NCBI RefSeq assembly: GCF_001194135.2
Contig: NC_068981.1
Coordinates: 153,489,618 to 153,523,655, forward strand
Length of the DNA stretch: 34,038 bases
Origin: Octopus bimaculoides
Lineage: Eukaryota
Reading direction: 5' to 3'
Positions 22,657-33,827 of the stretch are shown here, in pieces (position 1 is the stretch's first letter; each line of letters begins with the position of its first letter). The translations under genes and the position numbers were made by a program. The notes beneath the pieces were generated by a model, which did not search any database, was not told the DNA's origin, and saw only the letters and a list, made by a program, of their open reading frames with translations.

Positions 22657-23383
22657 NNNNNNNNNNNNNNNNNNNNNNNNNNNNNNNNNNNNNNNNNNNN
22701 NNNNNNNNNNNNNNNNNNNNNNNNNNNNNNNNNNNNNNNNNNNNNNNNNNNNNNNNNNNNNNNNNNNNNNNNNNNNNNNNNNNNNNNNNNNNNNNNNNNN
22801 NNNNNNNNNNNNNNNNNNNNNNNNNNNNNNNNNNNNNNNNNNNNNNNNNNNNNNNNNNNNNNNNNNNNNNNNNNNNNNNNNNNNNNNNNNNNNNNNNNNN
22901 NNNNNNNNNNNNNNNNNNNNNNNNNNNNNNNNNNNNNNNNNNNNNNNNNNNNNNNNNNNNNNNNNNNNNNNNNNNNNNNNNNNNNNNNNNNNNNNNNNNN
23001 NNNNNNNNNNNNNNNNNNNNNNNNNNNNNNNNNNNNNNNNNNNNNNNNNNNNNNNNNNNNNNNNNNNNNNNNNNNNNNNNNNNNNNNNNNNNNNNNNNNN
23101 NNNNNNNNNNNNNNNNNNNNNNNNNNNNNNNNNNNNNNNNNNNNNNNNNNNNNNNNNNNNNNNNNNNNNNNNNNNNNNNNNNNNNNNNNNNNNNNNNNNN
23201 NNNNNNNNNNNNNNNNNNNNNNNNNNNNNNNNNNNNNNNNNNNNNNNNNNNNNNNNNNNNNNNNNNNNNNNNNNNNNNNNNNNNNNNNNNNNNNNNNNNN
23301 NNNNNNNNNNNNNNNNNNNNNNNNNNNNNNNNNNNNNNNNNNNNNNNNNNNNNNNNNNNNNNNNNNNNNNNNNNNNNNNNNNN

Positions 23384-23421
<38 letters not shown>

Positions 23422-23829
23422 GTATATACATACACACACACACACACATATATTCATACATACATACATACATACATACATACACACATACATATAGATG
23501 CTTAGATAAACATCGCTTTCTATTTGTGTATTTCACAATCTATGCATGACTCAACTTTTCCGTTTCTTCCTTTTCAAAGGACGTGAAGACGGGTGTATGT
23601 ATGTACGTAGGGATTTATGTATGTAATATGTACGAGTGCGTGTCTGTGTATACGAATACACATGCATGTGTGTATCTTTCTCCATACGTGTGTGAGTATG
23701 CGCACGCGAAAGTGTGAGTGATCGTATAATCTGTATATATACTATTTTCTTTACCTGTCTCTAGGCCTCTGTCAAACTATACTATCTATTCATTTATCCT
23801 ATATATGCATCCATTTACCGATGTGTTCA

Positions 23830-24075
23830 GCCGGAATGAATAAAAATTTGGTGTACGCATTTAAAGCAACATTAAATTAAAATAGCCATCTATTTATCAT
23901 ACCTAACGTATGTAATTCGTGGGGAATTTTTGGCTGAGCCTTGTCAATGTCAATAGCCGATGACGGGACGATTTTTGCATGTCAACAATGTGTATACGTT
24001 TAATATGATACATAGATGGCTATTTTAATTTAATGTTGCTTCAATTACGTACACCGAGTTCTAATTCAACCCGAC
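23830..24075. mobile_element. 246-bp MITE-like element with 82-bp inverted arms
   Basis: 23830-23911 versus 23994-24075 are inverted copies. The core AAGCAACATTAAATTAAAATAGCCATCTAT is perfectly mirrored. No clear TSD. Confidence 0.8.
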
Positions 24076-24312
24076 GGGTATTCGCACTATCAGTGCATGT
24101 ATTATTCACCGTTTCCTACATATCGGTGGTGACAGATTTCTTCTAGATGTAACTGCAAGGTACACGTCATTCATACGGCAAGGCTGAAATATATCTAACG
24201 TTCTTGCTAACCACTGACGAGAAAATGTTGGGTTTTTTTCCTATATATCTTGTGTTTTTAATACAGCACGTCTATAAAATATTTTATCTCAAAAGAAAAC
24301 TGCCTATCAACG

Positions 24313-24388
<76 letters not shown>

Positions 24389-24408
24389 NNNNNNNNNNNN
24401 NNNNNNNN

Positions 24409-24450
<42 letters not shown>

Positions 24451-25100
24451 AACACACATATATGTACATATATATATATTTATATATGTCTATAAGTTAG
24501 ACGTTAAGTAACCATCTAAGGGATATTAAATATCCTGGATATATATACCTACGTATTTATAACCAAATGCTTACTATTGCAGGGCAATATCGCAATTGAA
24601 TACTTGGTATGGGTGGGGGTAAATTTGAAATTTACCCAGGATTTATAAGGCAAATAAGAAAATGGAGAGGATAAACAATAGACAAACATCAGTCTGTAAA
24701 CATTCAGTTATATCTATTTATTAATTGATTACAATAGTAAGGAATGGTAAGAACTTCATTTTAATTGAAACAAGATGTAACCCACAGCCTGCGGAAATGT
24801 TTCCTGAAAGTGACTTTATTTACCATAAGATGTAATACCATGGATTATAATAGCACCTTAAAATGAAGTTCTTACCGTTCCTTACTATTTCTATTATATC
24901 ATTTTCATTTTATTTTACTCTATCATTTTAACTTACTTTCCCACATGTTAGTTTCCTAACATTTGGTCTCTCTGATGAACCTTGTTTTCGTATTTCATAA
25001 AACATGAAATACGAAAACAAATGAGTTGAATACGCAAACAAAGAGAGAAACAAATGGAAAACAGGATAAGTAACATAAAGAACAACCCTTCATCATATTT

Positions 25101-25142
25101 ATATTATTTGATTGAACGCCACGCATCCATTTTCAAGTAAGT
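25101..25142 (+). repeat. 42-bp direct repeat, copy 1
   Basis: 38/42 identical to 26093-26134. Confidence 0.85.
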
Positions 25143-26092
25143 TTATCTTAATCTTTTTGATGCGACTCTACCCTATGCTGTTGTCTCCGCCTATCATTTT
25201 CTCTCTCATCCTTTCTCTAATTCCGTTTTTCTCTCCCTTTCACCGTTTTCTATCTGTCTCTCTCGATCCCTCCCTCTTTCTCATTTTCTCTCTCTCTCCC
25301 ATTGCTCACACGTGACCATCGTCTATCTTTCTTTTCTTCACGTGATCATCTTTCTTTTCTTTCAGGGCTATCTTTGAGGCTGGACGTGTTGTATCTATCT
25401 CTCTCTTCTATCTATTCTCTTGTCTAAGAAAATATTTCTCCAGCATTCGCTATGTTACCTTCGTTCCGGTCTAACGACCCTCCATGTTTGTTTTCGTTCG
25501 GTTTCCTTGTATGTTTCCACTGTCCTGTTTTTGTTTCCAAATTTGACCTTCCAAAAATCCCAAATTTTATTTTGGTATCTGTGGGAGCAACTGCCTTCGA
25601 AGACTCATATTGTCGTTCAATACTTGAAATGAGGATTAGATAGGCAGCCAACAACTGATGAAGGGTTGATCTTTATGTTACTTGCCCTGCTTTCCATTTG
25701 TTTCTTTCGTTGTTGACGCATTCAACTCATTTGTTTGCGTACTTCATATTGTTTATGCAAGATTCTTTATGTGAGTTCGTGTGTTGAAGCATATTCTGTT
25801 GTGTCTGGGGAGAGTCATTTTCTTTTTGTGCCTTATAATTTAACACATTCACCGGTAAAATTTCCACTTATTTCCTACTTTTATTTTCCAAAAATTTTCG
25901 TTGCGTCTTGCANNNNNNNNNNNNNNNNNNNNNNNNNNNNNNNNNNNNNNNNNNNNNNNNNNNNNNNNNNNNNNNNNNNNNNNNNNNNNNNNNNNNNNNN
26001 NNNNNNNNNNNNNNNNNNNNNNNNNNNNNNNNNNNNNNNNNNNNNNNNNNNNNNNNNNNNNNNNNNNNNNNNNNNTATATATATATATATTA

Positions 26093-26134
26093 ATATTATT
26101 AGATTGAACGTCACGCATCCATTTCCAAGTATGT
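26093..26134 (+). repeat. 42-bp direct repeat, copy 2
   Basis: 38/42 identical to 25101-25142. Confidence 0.85.
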
Positions 26135-26199
26135 ATAGATGTGTGTGTGTGTATGTATGTATGTATATATGTATGCATGTATGTATGTATGCATATACA

Positions 26200-26374
26200 G
26201 CCGTTGCTGTGTGGAAGAAGCTTGCTTCCCAATCACATGGTTCCAGATTCAGTCCCACTGTGTCACCTTGGGCAAATGTCATCTACTATAGCTTCGGGCC
26301 GACCAAAGCCTTGTGACTGCATTTGGTACATGGAAACTGAAAGAAGCCCGTTGTGTGTGTATATATATATGAGT

Positions 26375-26406
<32 letters not shown>

Positions 26407-26470
26407 GCGTGCGTGCGTGTGTGTGTGTGTATGTGTGTGTGTGTGTGTGTCTGTGTGTCTGTGTGTCTGG
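26200..26470 (+). mobile_element. SINE family A, 5' half plus microsatellite module
   Basis: GCTGTGTGGAAGAAGCTTGCTTCCCAATCACATGGTTCCAGATTCAGTCCCACTG...ACCTTGGGCAAATGTC...GGAAACTGAAAGAAGCCCG matches the head of 30486-30872. Confidence 0.88.
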
Positions 26471-26730
26471 TCCTGTGTTGTGATGCTTTGTATTTCCAGG
26501 AAGAAAAGGGTATGTTGCATCGTTTCACATAGTCTTTTAGATTGTCTCTGAAGTGCAAGAGTGGTCTTCCTGTTGGGAATATGCCAAACAGAGGTTGCTT
26601 TGGAATTCTGATATCACTCATACGTGAGAGACGACCTGACCATCAAAGCTGTATTTTGATGGCGAGGACTTTCAATACTTGATATAATCTATGAAGAATA
26701 ACTGAACACTTTTGTAGGATGTTTATTATA

Positions 26731-27027
26731 CAGGGTGCCCACAAAGACTGGGTACATGGAGTAAATAAAATAATGACATAAACAATTAAATATAAGAAAT
26801 AATAATTTCTTAAAGTATGTGTTAAACCCTATGTGGGTACATGGAGTAAATAAAATCATAAGATAAGCAATTAAATATAAGAAATAATAATTTCTTAAAG
26901 TATGTGTTAATCCCCATGTGGGTACATGGAGTAAATAAAATCATAAGATAAACAATTAACTATAAGAAATAATAATTTCTTAAAGTATGTCTTAATCCCC
27001 ATGTACCCAGACTTTGTGGAGACCCTG
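26731..27027. mobile_element. TA-target (Tc1/mariner-type) MITE, 297 bp, containing three 85-bp tandem units
   Basis: TA|CAGGGTGCCCACAAAGACTGGGTACATGG...CCATGTACCCAGACTTTGTGGAGACCCTG|TA (29-bp TIRs). Units start at 26749, 26834 and 26919. Confidence 0.92.
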
Positions 27028-27233
27028 TACTTTGACAGACGACGGGACAGTCCGACGGGACAGTCCGACGAAAGCTAGCAAGGTGAAACTTCGAAGTCAC
27101 TGTCACCCTTCTTCTAATACTGTAATAAAAAAGTATTGTTTGTGTGTACGTGTATGTGTGCGTGAACGTGTGCGGACGCGTGTGTGCGAACGCGTGTGTG
27201 CGGACACGTGTGTGTGTTTGTTTTTTCTTGTTT

Positions 27234-27285
<52 letters not shown>

Positions 27286-27964
27286 TATTTAAAAACCCTG
27301 TAGTTAAGCTCGAAATTGAAAAGAGAGTATTGAATGCTGACACTCTTCTCGCATCCCGTATGTTGGTTGCAGTGTCGTGCCTGCAATGATCTAATATAAT
27401 ACAAAATTAATGATAGAATTTTTTGATTTTTTTTTTTTTTTTTTTTTTTTTAATGATGCCATTTTTTTTTCCTTTTATTGTCAAACCTTCTACATTCCGT
27501 TCTTGAAATTTATTTATTTATTTATTCCTGAGTTTTTCTTTTTTTTTTCTTTTGTTTTCTGTTTTCTTGAAATTTAACTTTCTTTTGATATGCTCCTTGC
27601 TTACCTCAAGGACACGAGGGAGTTTTAAGAAAATGCTGGTGTTTAAGAGACTTTCCCATTAATTTTTATTTCTGAGAGAATGGGAACAGGAAGAAACGTT
27701 TCAAATGTACGCAACAACTTGGTAACTGGAATGAAGAAAAGCTCTTAGTAGTCATGGTTACTCATCCTAAGACAATACATCGGGCAGAACGCCGAAATCG
27801 CTCACTCGCTGTTTATATGTTCTTAGCCCGCTTCCTCATCACTCCCCCCACCTCCGTCTATAACCACTCTTTTGCTCTTTTATGGTAAACACTCTCAACC
27901 ATTCACATTCATTTATCCTTTCTTTCTTTGTTTACTTTTCCTCCATTTCTGTGGTCTCCCCCTC

Positions 27965-28051
27965 TCTTCTTCTTCTTCTTCTTCTTCTTCTTCTTCTTCT
28001 TCTTCTTCTTCTTCTCCTCCTCCTTCTTCTTCTTCTTCTTCATCATCATCA

Positions 28052-28118
<67 letters not shown>
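27965..28118. repeat. Compound (CTT)n-(CAT)n-(ATT)n microsatellite
   Basis: Read directly. Confidence 0.95.
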
Positions 28119-28996
28119 TCCCGCTTTCTCTCTTCCTCTCTCTCTCTCTTTCTCTCGCTCTACTTTTCTAACTTATTTTTTCATTTTATGACTTTATATG
28201 CTCATATGTTGCACATTTTCTTTCGCTGTTTCTTTGCATGTCATCACCACCACCACCACGAACAACAACAACAACAACAACAACATCTGCCACAACGCCA
28301 CCACCATCCCATTAACCCCTCTTAATTATTCTTCACTATCTTTCTCCCTATCTATCTATTTATCAATCTGTCTAACTATCAATCTGTCTATCTACCAATT
28401 TCTCCCCCCCACTCTCTCTCTCTCTATCTATCTATCTATTTATCTATCTATCTATCCCTCCATCTATCAATCTTTTCCCGCTCACTTTTCACATACACAC
28501 ATTAGCAAAGGAAGTCAATATTTCCATACAACATCTTTCTATGATTTTTGCTTGTTCTCTTTATGTTCTACCTCCTCCTCCTCCTCCTCCTCCTAATTTT
28601 CCATCAATACAACCAGAAATAATTACAACGTGAGGAATGTTTAGAAGAACTAACCTAGTTCCAACAGTCGATCAACAACCAATATTTCACAACATGATCA
28701 AAACGATTTAATTCTCACATACCTCTTACGCACAAACAGACAAGACCTCAGATATAGACGAATGTATACATTTTCTAAACTTACATATACACATGAAATT
28801 ATATATATACATATATATATATATATATACATATATATACATATATATACATATATACATACACACACACATTCATATATACATAGATTAAACATATATA
28901 CACATATATATACATACATGTACGTACGTACTCACACATTTATATACATATATATATATATATATATACATATACACGTAAATATACGCATACATA

Positions 28997-29050
<54 letters not shown>

Positions 29051-29512
29051 CATACATACGTAAATATACATGTATATACACAAATGTACATGCGCGTGCA
29101 TGACGAAAGGAGAAACATCTGGGCATGTTTTTCTCTCTCTNNNNNNNNNNNNNNNNNNNNNNNNNNNNNNNNNNNNNNNNNNNNNNNNNNNNNNNNNNNN
29201 NNNNNNNNNNNNNNNNNNNNNNNNNNNNNNNNNNNNNNNNNNNNNNNNNNNNNNNNNNNNNNNNNNNNNNNNNNNNNNNNNNNNNNNNNNNNNNNNNNNN
29301 NNNNNNNNNNNNNNNNNNNNNNNNNNNNNNNNNNNNNGTGTGTATTAGAATTTTTAAGAAGCACAAAAATATGACTAAAATCAATGCAACCTATGCAACA
29401 AAGTATTTCTTCATTATGAAAACAATGACTCATCCATCACTATGGGAGACCCTCTTCTTCAATTTATCTTTAAAATATTAACCATTAATGTATAACTTAA
29501 AATGATACACCC

Positions 29513-29552
<40 letters not shown>

Positions 29553-29740
29553 TCACTCACTCACTCAAACACACACACAAGCGCACGCACGCACTTACAG
29601 ATTTTGTATCAAGCTCATTCCCATACATGTACTGCTGTGCAGTGATTTTGTTCAATACACATCGTCCAAGAACCTTAAAAGTTTGATTTTTCTTGGTGGC
29701 TACAACAAGCCTAGTTTCACAAACTACAAGTCAAAGAAGG

Positions 29741-29845
29741 AGCTTCTACGTGGTTTCTCTTCTTGCTAGTTATAGCTACCAAATCTCACTCACATTACAA
29801 CCGCCTCAGATAAGGTTGGATACGTTGGACAATGTGGACCCTGGT
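29741..29845 (+). mobile_element. Diverged SINE-like family C fragment
   Basis: CTTCTACGTGGTT...TGCTAGTTATAGCTACCAAATCTC...TTGGACAATGTGGACC shares motif order with the other family C copies. Confidence 0.4.
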
Positions 29846-30327
29846 ATAAATTTTTCTTCTTTTTCATTTGCTGAGTATGAAGGAATGAGTATTGCCCATG
29901 ACATTTTTGTGGCCCTTTAAGACCGGTGAGCTTGAGGTCATTAATTTCCCGCGTAAACTGTAGCAAGATAAGACATGCAGAAAAGACATGAGCAAAGAGC
30001 AGATCCCAGATGACTGATATTCTAGGGCGGTTTCACTGGACATAATATTAATGTACGATCGGAGCGGAGATGGTGTTGGACACAGCAATGGTAATGAGAG
30101 TGGAGAAGGGAGTGAGTTGGATAATTGATTATTGGAAATACAAACCCAATCTACAAAAGCCATTGACCAGATGGTGATGGAGATGTTTCTACCAACAACT
30201 TCCAATTTGAGCGGGCTGTGGTCCACAAATATGACCTAGTCATAGCGTAAAGAACTTTACTATGTGGTACTGTGAAGCTGGGCATGGCATGGCGTGTGCA
30301 AATACTGGCCAAAAACGTGTGGGTGTG

Positions 30328-30375
<48 letters not shown>

Positions 30376-30485
30376 TGTGTATGCGCGCTCATGTATCTAT
30401 GTATCTATATATGTTTGTATCTATTCTGATAATATTATTCACGTAACGCAACCCACTCCTTGCTTCGAACTATGAATACTATACA

Positions 30486-30872
30486 GGTGTAGGAGTGGCT
30501 GTGTGGTAAGTAACTTGTTTACCAACCACATGGTTCTGGGTTCAGTCCCACTGCGTGGCACCTTGGGCAAGTGTCTTCTACTATAGCCTCGGGCCGACCA
30601 AAGCCTTGTGAATGGATTTGGTAGACGGAAACTGAAAGAAGCCCATCGCATGTGTGTGTGTGTGTGTGTGTTTGTCCCCCAACATCGCTTGACAACTGAT
30701 GCTGGTGTGTTTACGTCCCCGTAACTTAGCGGTTCGGCAAAACAGACAGATAGAATAAGTACAGGGCTTACAAAGAATAAGTCCTGGGGTCGATTTGCTC
30801 GACTAAAGGCGGTCCTCCAGCATGGCCGCAGTCAAATGACTGAAACAAGTAAAAGAAAATAAAAGAAAGAAA
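30486..30872 (+). mobile_element. SINE family A, full-length reference copy (tRNA-like head, CORE-like ACCTTGGGCAAGT, internal (TG)n, LINE-like tail)
   Basis: A-box-like TGGCTGTGTGG and B-box-like GGTTCAGTCC, then an ACCTTGGGCAAGT motif reminiscent of CORE-SINEs and an A-rich tail. Five or six further copies occur in both orientations in the window. Confidence 0.92.
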
Positions 30873-30917
30873 TGTCAAATATTTTGATGAACTTTTATTT
30901 AAAATCCTAATATCATG

Positions 30918-30982
30918 TGGATTAGATGGCAGTATATACCTGCCTATAGTGATGGGTGGACGCGCATATGTCAGTAGAAGAA
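30918..30982 (+). repeat. 65-bp direct repeat, copy A
   Basis: 59/65 identical to 32182-32246. Confidence 0.88.
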
Positions 30983-30985
30983 ATA

Positions 30986-31285
30986 TATATACTGCAACAG
31001 CTTTGGTTTCAAGTGCACACAGCTCTTCAATATCCATCCAAAATGTGTCTGAGAGCCCTGCATGTTGTGGATGTAAGTGTCTTTAGAACAAAACTGGGTC
31101 TCTTCCTGTGAAGGGTTCCAAACGAGCCTATCTCTCCGCAGTAAACACAGATGAGGGCAGCGATATCAAACTCCCTCACTGACCAAATCCCACATGTCAG
31201 AGAAGGTTTCATATAATGATGTAGCTCAATCAACGGTGGTGCCCCAGCATGACCGCAGCTTTCAAGCTGAAACATTTTAAAGATT
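30986..31285 (+). mobile_element. 5'-truncated non-LTR retrotransposon (CR1/L2-group-like) 3' end
   Basis: YCNSFGFKCTQLFNIHPKC/LRALHVVDVSVFRTKLGLFL*RVPNEPISPQ*TQMRAAISNSLTDQ resembles the ORF2 C-terminus of invertebrate CR1/L2-group LINEs (LFN.LP..R...V..FK..LD.FL..VPDEP...RAA.SNSL..Q, recalled). A short 3' UTR follows. Confidence 0.75.
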
Positions 31286-31337
<52 letters not shown>

Positions 31338-31587
31338 GTGCTACTTTAGAGAATTGCTTCTTTCGTTTTAGTTCTATAAACGAATGTAAGATGTGTGTGT
31401 ATATGTGTATACATTTACGTACGTATATATATATGCATGCGTATATTTTGTATGTATTTGTACACGAGTGTATGTGTGAGTGCGTACATGTATGTCTGAG
31501 ATTGAAAAGCATTAGACAGTTTTCTTCACAGTCTAAGAGACTTCTTCGAAGTTATACGAAGAAATTCAAGTACATTCGACATACGAT

Positions 31588-31631
<44 letters not shown>

Positions 31632-31960
31632 TATGATGTTTTGTAGTTGTGGAGATTGTAACTGTTTTAGTTGTTGTTGCTGCTACTGATGCTACTGCTG
31701 CTGCTGTCGTTGCTACAAATGCTGCTGATTCCTTAGTTCAAAAGTGCTTATTTATTTAACATAGTTGATTGGTTCCAGAACGGCCGGTATTTCTAACGGA
31801 AAGCTTGTTTATAGCNNNNNNNNNNAGAACGGCCGGTATTTCTAACGGAAAGCTTGTTTATAGCTGTACAGTGATTACAAGTTTGAATTGTGACCAGACA
31901 GCGTAAGCAAAAGCTGACTGTAACTGTCGTCAACCACAAAAGTTGAACATTATATACATA

Positions 31961-32029
<69 letters not shown>

Positions 32030-32181
32030 GTATATGTACAGATATGTATATATTTTTATTTGTGGTGGTGCCTGTCAGCAATGAGCTAATGTGACTAGCC
32101 ACAAATTGTATAATAATGACTGCAAAATAGAGATCTAAATTAGATGTCTGCTTTGAGTAAAGAATTGTGCATTGAAGCAAC

Positions 32182-32246
32182 TGGATTAGATGGCGGTAAA
32201 TACCAGCCTATAGTGACGCGCGGACGCGCATATGTCAGTAGAAGAA
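32182..32246 (+). repeat. 65-bp direct repeat, copy B
   Basis: 59/65 identical to 30918-30982. Confidence 0.88.
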
Positions 32247-33226
32247 GACAAAAAAAGGGAGTAGAAGGTTGAAGAACAGAAACAGTTAAGCGCTGTGTGG
32301 AGAGGGGGAAAAGATGACGAAAGAGATAGTGAGAGGGGTGGAGAGAAAGAGAGAGAGGGAGAGAGAGAGAGGGAGAGAGAGGGGGAGGGAGAGGGAGAGA
32401 GAGAGGGAGAGAAAGAGAGAGGGAGAGAGAGAGAGAGAGAGGGGGAGAGAGAGAGAGTGAATGGGTGAGAGACGAAAGAAGACTAACGATTGGAAGATAG
32501 GAAGAAATATAAGGAAGAACAAACTGGAAGAAAAGACGCTCTTAGCAGAACAGCCTGGTTTATGTGATATGTTGAAGAGGGGAGTATATAGCAGAGTGAG
32601 CTGACAAATATTGGAGCTGGCAGGGATNNNNNNNNNNNNNNNNNNNNNNNNNNNNNNNNNNNNNNNNNNNNNNNNNNNNNNNNNNNNNNNNNNNNNNNNN
32701 NNNNNNNNNNNNNNNNNNNNNNNNNNNNNNNNNNNNNNNNNNNNNNNNNNNNNNNNNNNNNNNNNNNNNNNNNNNNNNNNNNNNNNNNNNNNNNNNNNNN
32801 NNNNNNNNNNNNNNNNNNNNNNNNNNNNNNNNNNNNNNNNNNNNNNNNNNNNNNNNNNNNNNNNNNATATGTATGTATGTATGTGTACGTATGTATGTAA
32901 ATGTATGTATGTATGTATGTATGTATATTTTTGCGTGTCTACATTTTCACATCTTTGTACTGATATGCACACACAGACGCACACACACATACTTAATATT
33001 TACACATAAACACACACGCACAAAGATAGACAGACAGATAGATAGACAGATAGATAGACAGATAGATAGATACATACATACATACATACATACATACATA
33101 CATACATACATACATACATAGATACATACATACATGCATACATGTATATGTTTGTATGTGAGTGTGCATTACGGTGAATATCTCCATGTCAGTATGTAAA
33201 CGTGAATAACTGTAGCTTAGAGTGTG

Positions 33227-33275
<49 letters not shown>

Positions 33276-33647
33276 CGTGTATGTTTATGTGTATGAATGC
33301 ACATTTATAACTAACACCAGTTGTACTGTACGCTGTTGGTATTGTTTTTGTTGTTGTTTTTGTTGTTGTTGTTTTGCCCCAGGTTGAACTATGATCAGCT
33401 ACTCTCCTGGTATGTCCACATCTACACTAGAAATTAAACTGGACTTGTGTCGTTACTCGTCCCCCACAACATGTTACGATTCATTTGAAGGGATGTTGCT
33501 GCTATTTCTAGGAGATTTAACGACCACTCTGGTTGATTCGCACTACCGCAAGTTCGATCCACGTATAATACTCAGCAATTTTTTTTTTTTCATTTTCGGT
33601 GGGAAAACATGAAAACCATTAATTCTTAGTTTAAATATACCCCTATT

Positions 33648-33793
33648 CCAGTGTATGGTAAGAAGCTTGCTTCCCAACCACATGGTTCGCGGTTCAGTCC
33701 CACTGCGTGGCACATTGGGCAAGTGTCTTCTACTATAGCCTTGTGCTGACCAGAGCCTTGTGAATGTAGACGGAAACTGAAAGAAGCCCGTCG

Positions 33794-33827
<34 letters not shown>

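Noticed and set aside
24617-24637. Palindrome GGGTAAATTT-G-AAATTTACCC (and GGATATT-A-AATATCC at about 24522-24536)
   Set aside because: Short AT-rich palindromes with no supporting context, plausible by chance or local slippage.
26500-26509. AG/GT-bounded 10-nt microexon candidate (TTTCCAG|GAAGAAAAGG|GTATGT)
   Set aside because: No coding support, length incompatible with a phase-2 LIM1-LIM2 junction, and directly behind a SINE microsatellite.
26749-27003. Regularly spaced repeats considered as a CRISPR-like array
   Set aside because: Whole 85-bp units are near-identical with no unique spacers, they sit inside MITE TIRs, and the context is eukaryotic.
27041-27070. 13-bp tandem duplication GACGGGACAGTCC x2
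   Set aside because: Simple local slippage duplication with no further structure.
27882-28325. ORF with poly-His/poly-Gln end (HHHHHHEQQQQQQQHLPQRHHHP) resembling a transcription-factor tract
   Set aside because: It is built from trinucleotide microsatellites and has no AG acceptor before the H/Q tract and no domain content.
29870-30240. Coding-looking stretch (KEQIPDD*YSRAVSLDIILMYDRSGDGVGHSNG...)
   Set aside because: It has in-frame stops and no recognisable domain or splice framework. It may be a decayed retroelement, but I cannot support a call.
31777-31864. Exact 39-bp duplication on either side of a 10-N gap
   Set aside because: Typical unmerged contig-end overlap, so an assembly artefact.
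32461-32500. EWVRDERR reading resembling the LIM2 'DWVRRAR' motif
   Set aside because: No cysteine or histidine ligands or splice sites nearby, and it is embedded in GA-rich low-complexity sequence.
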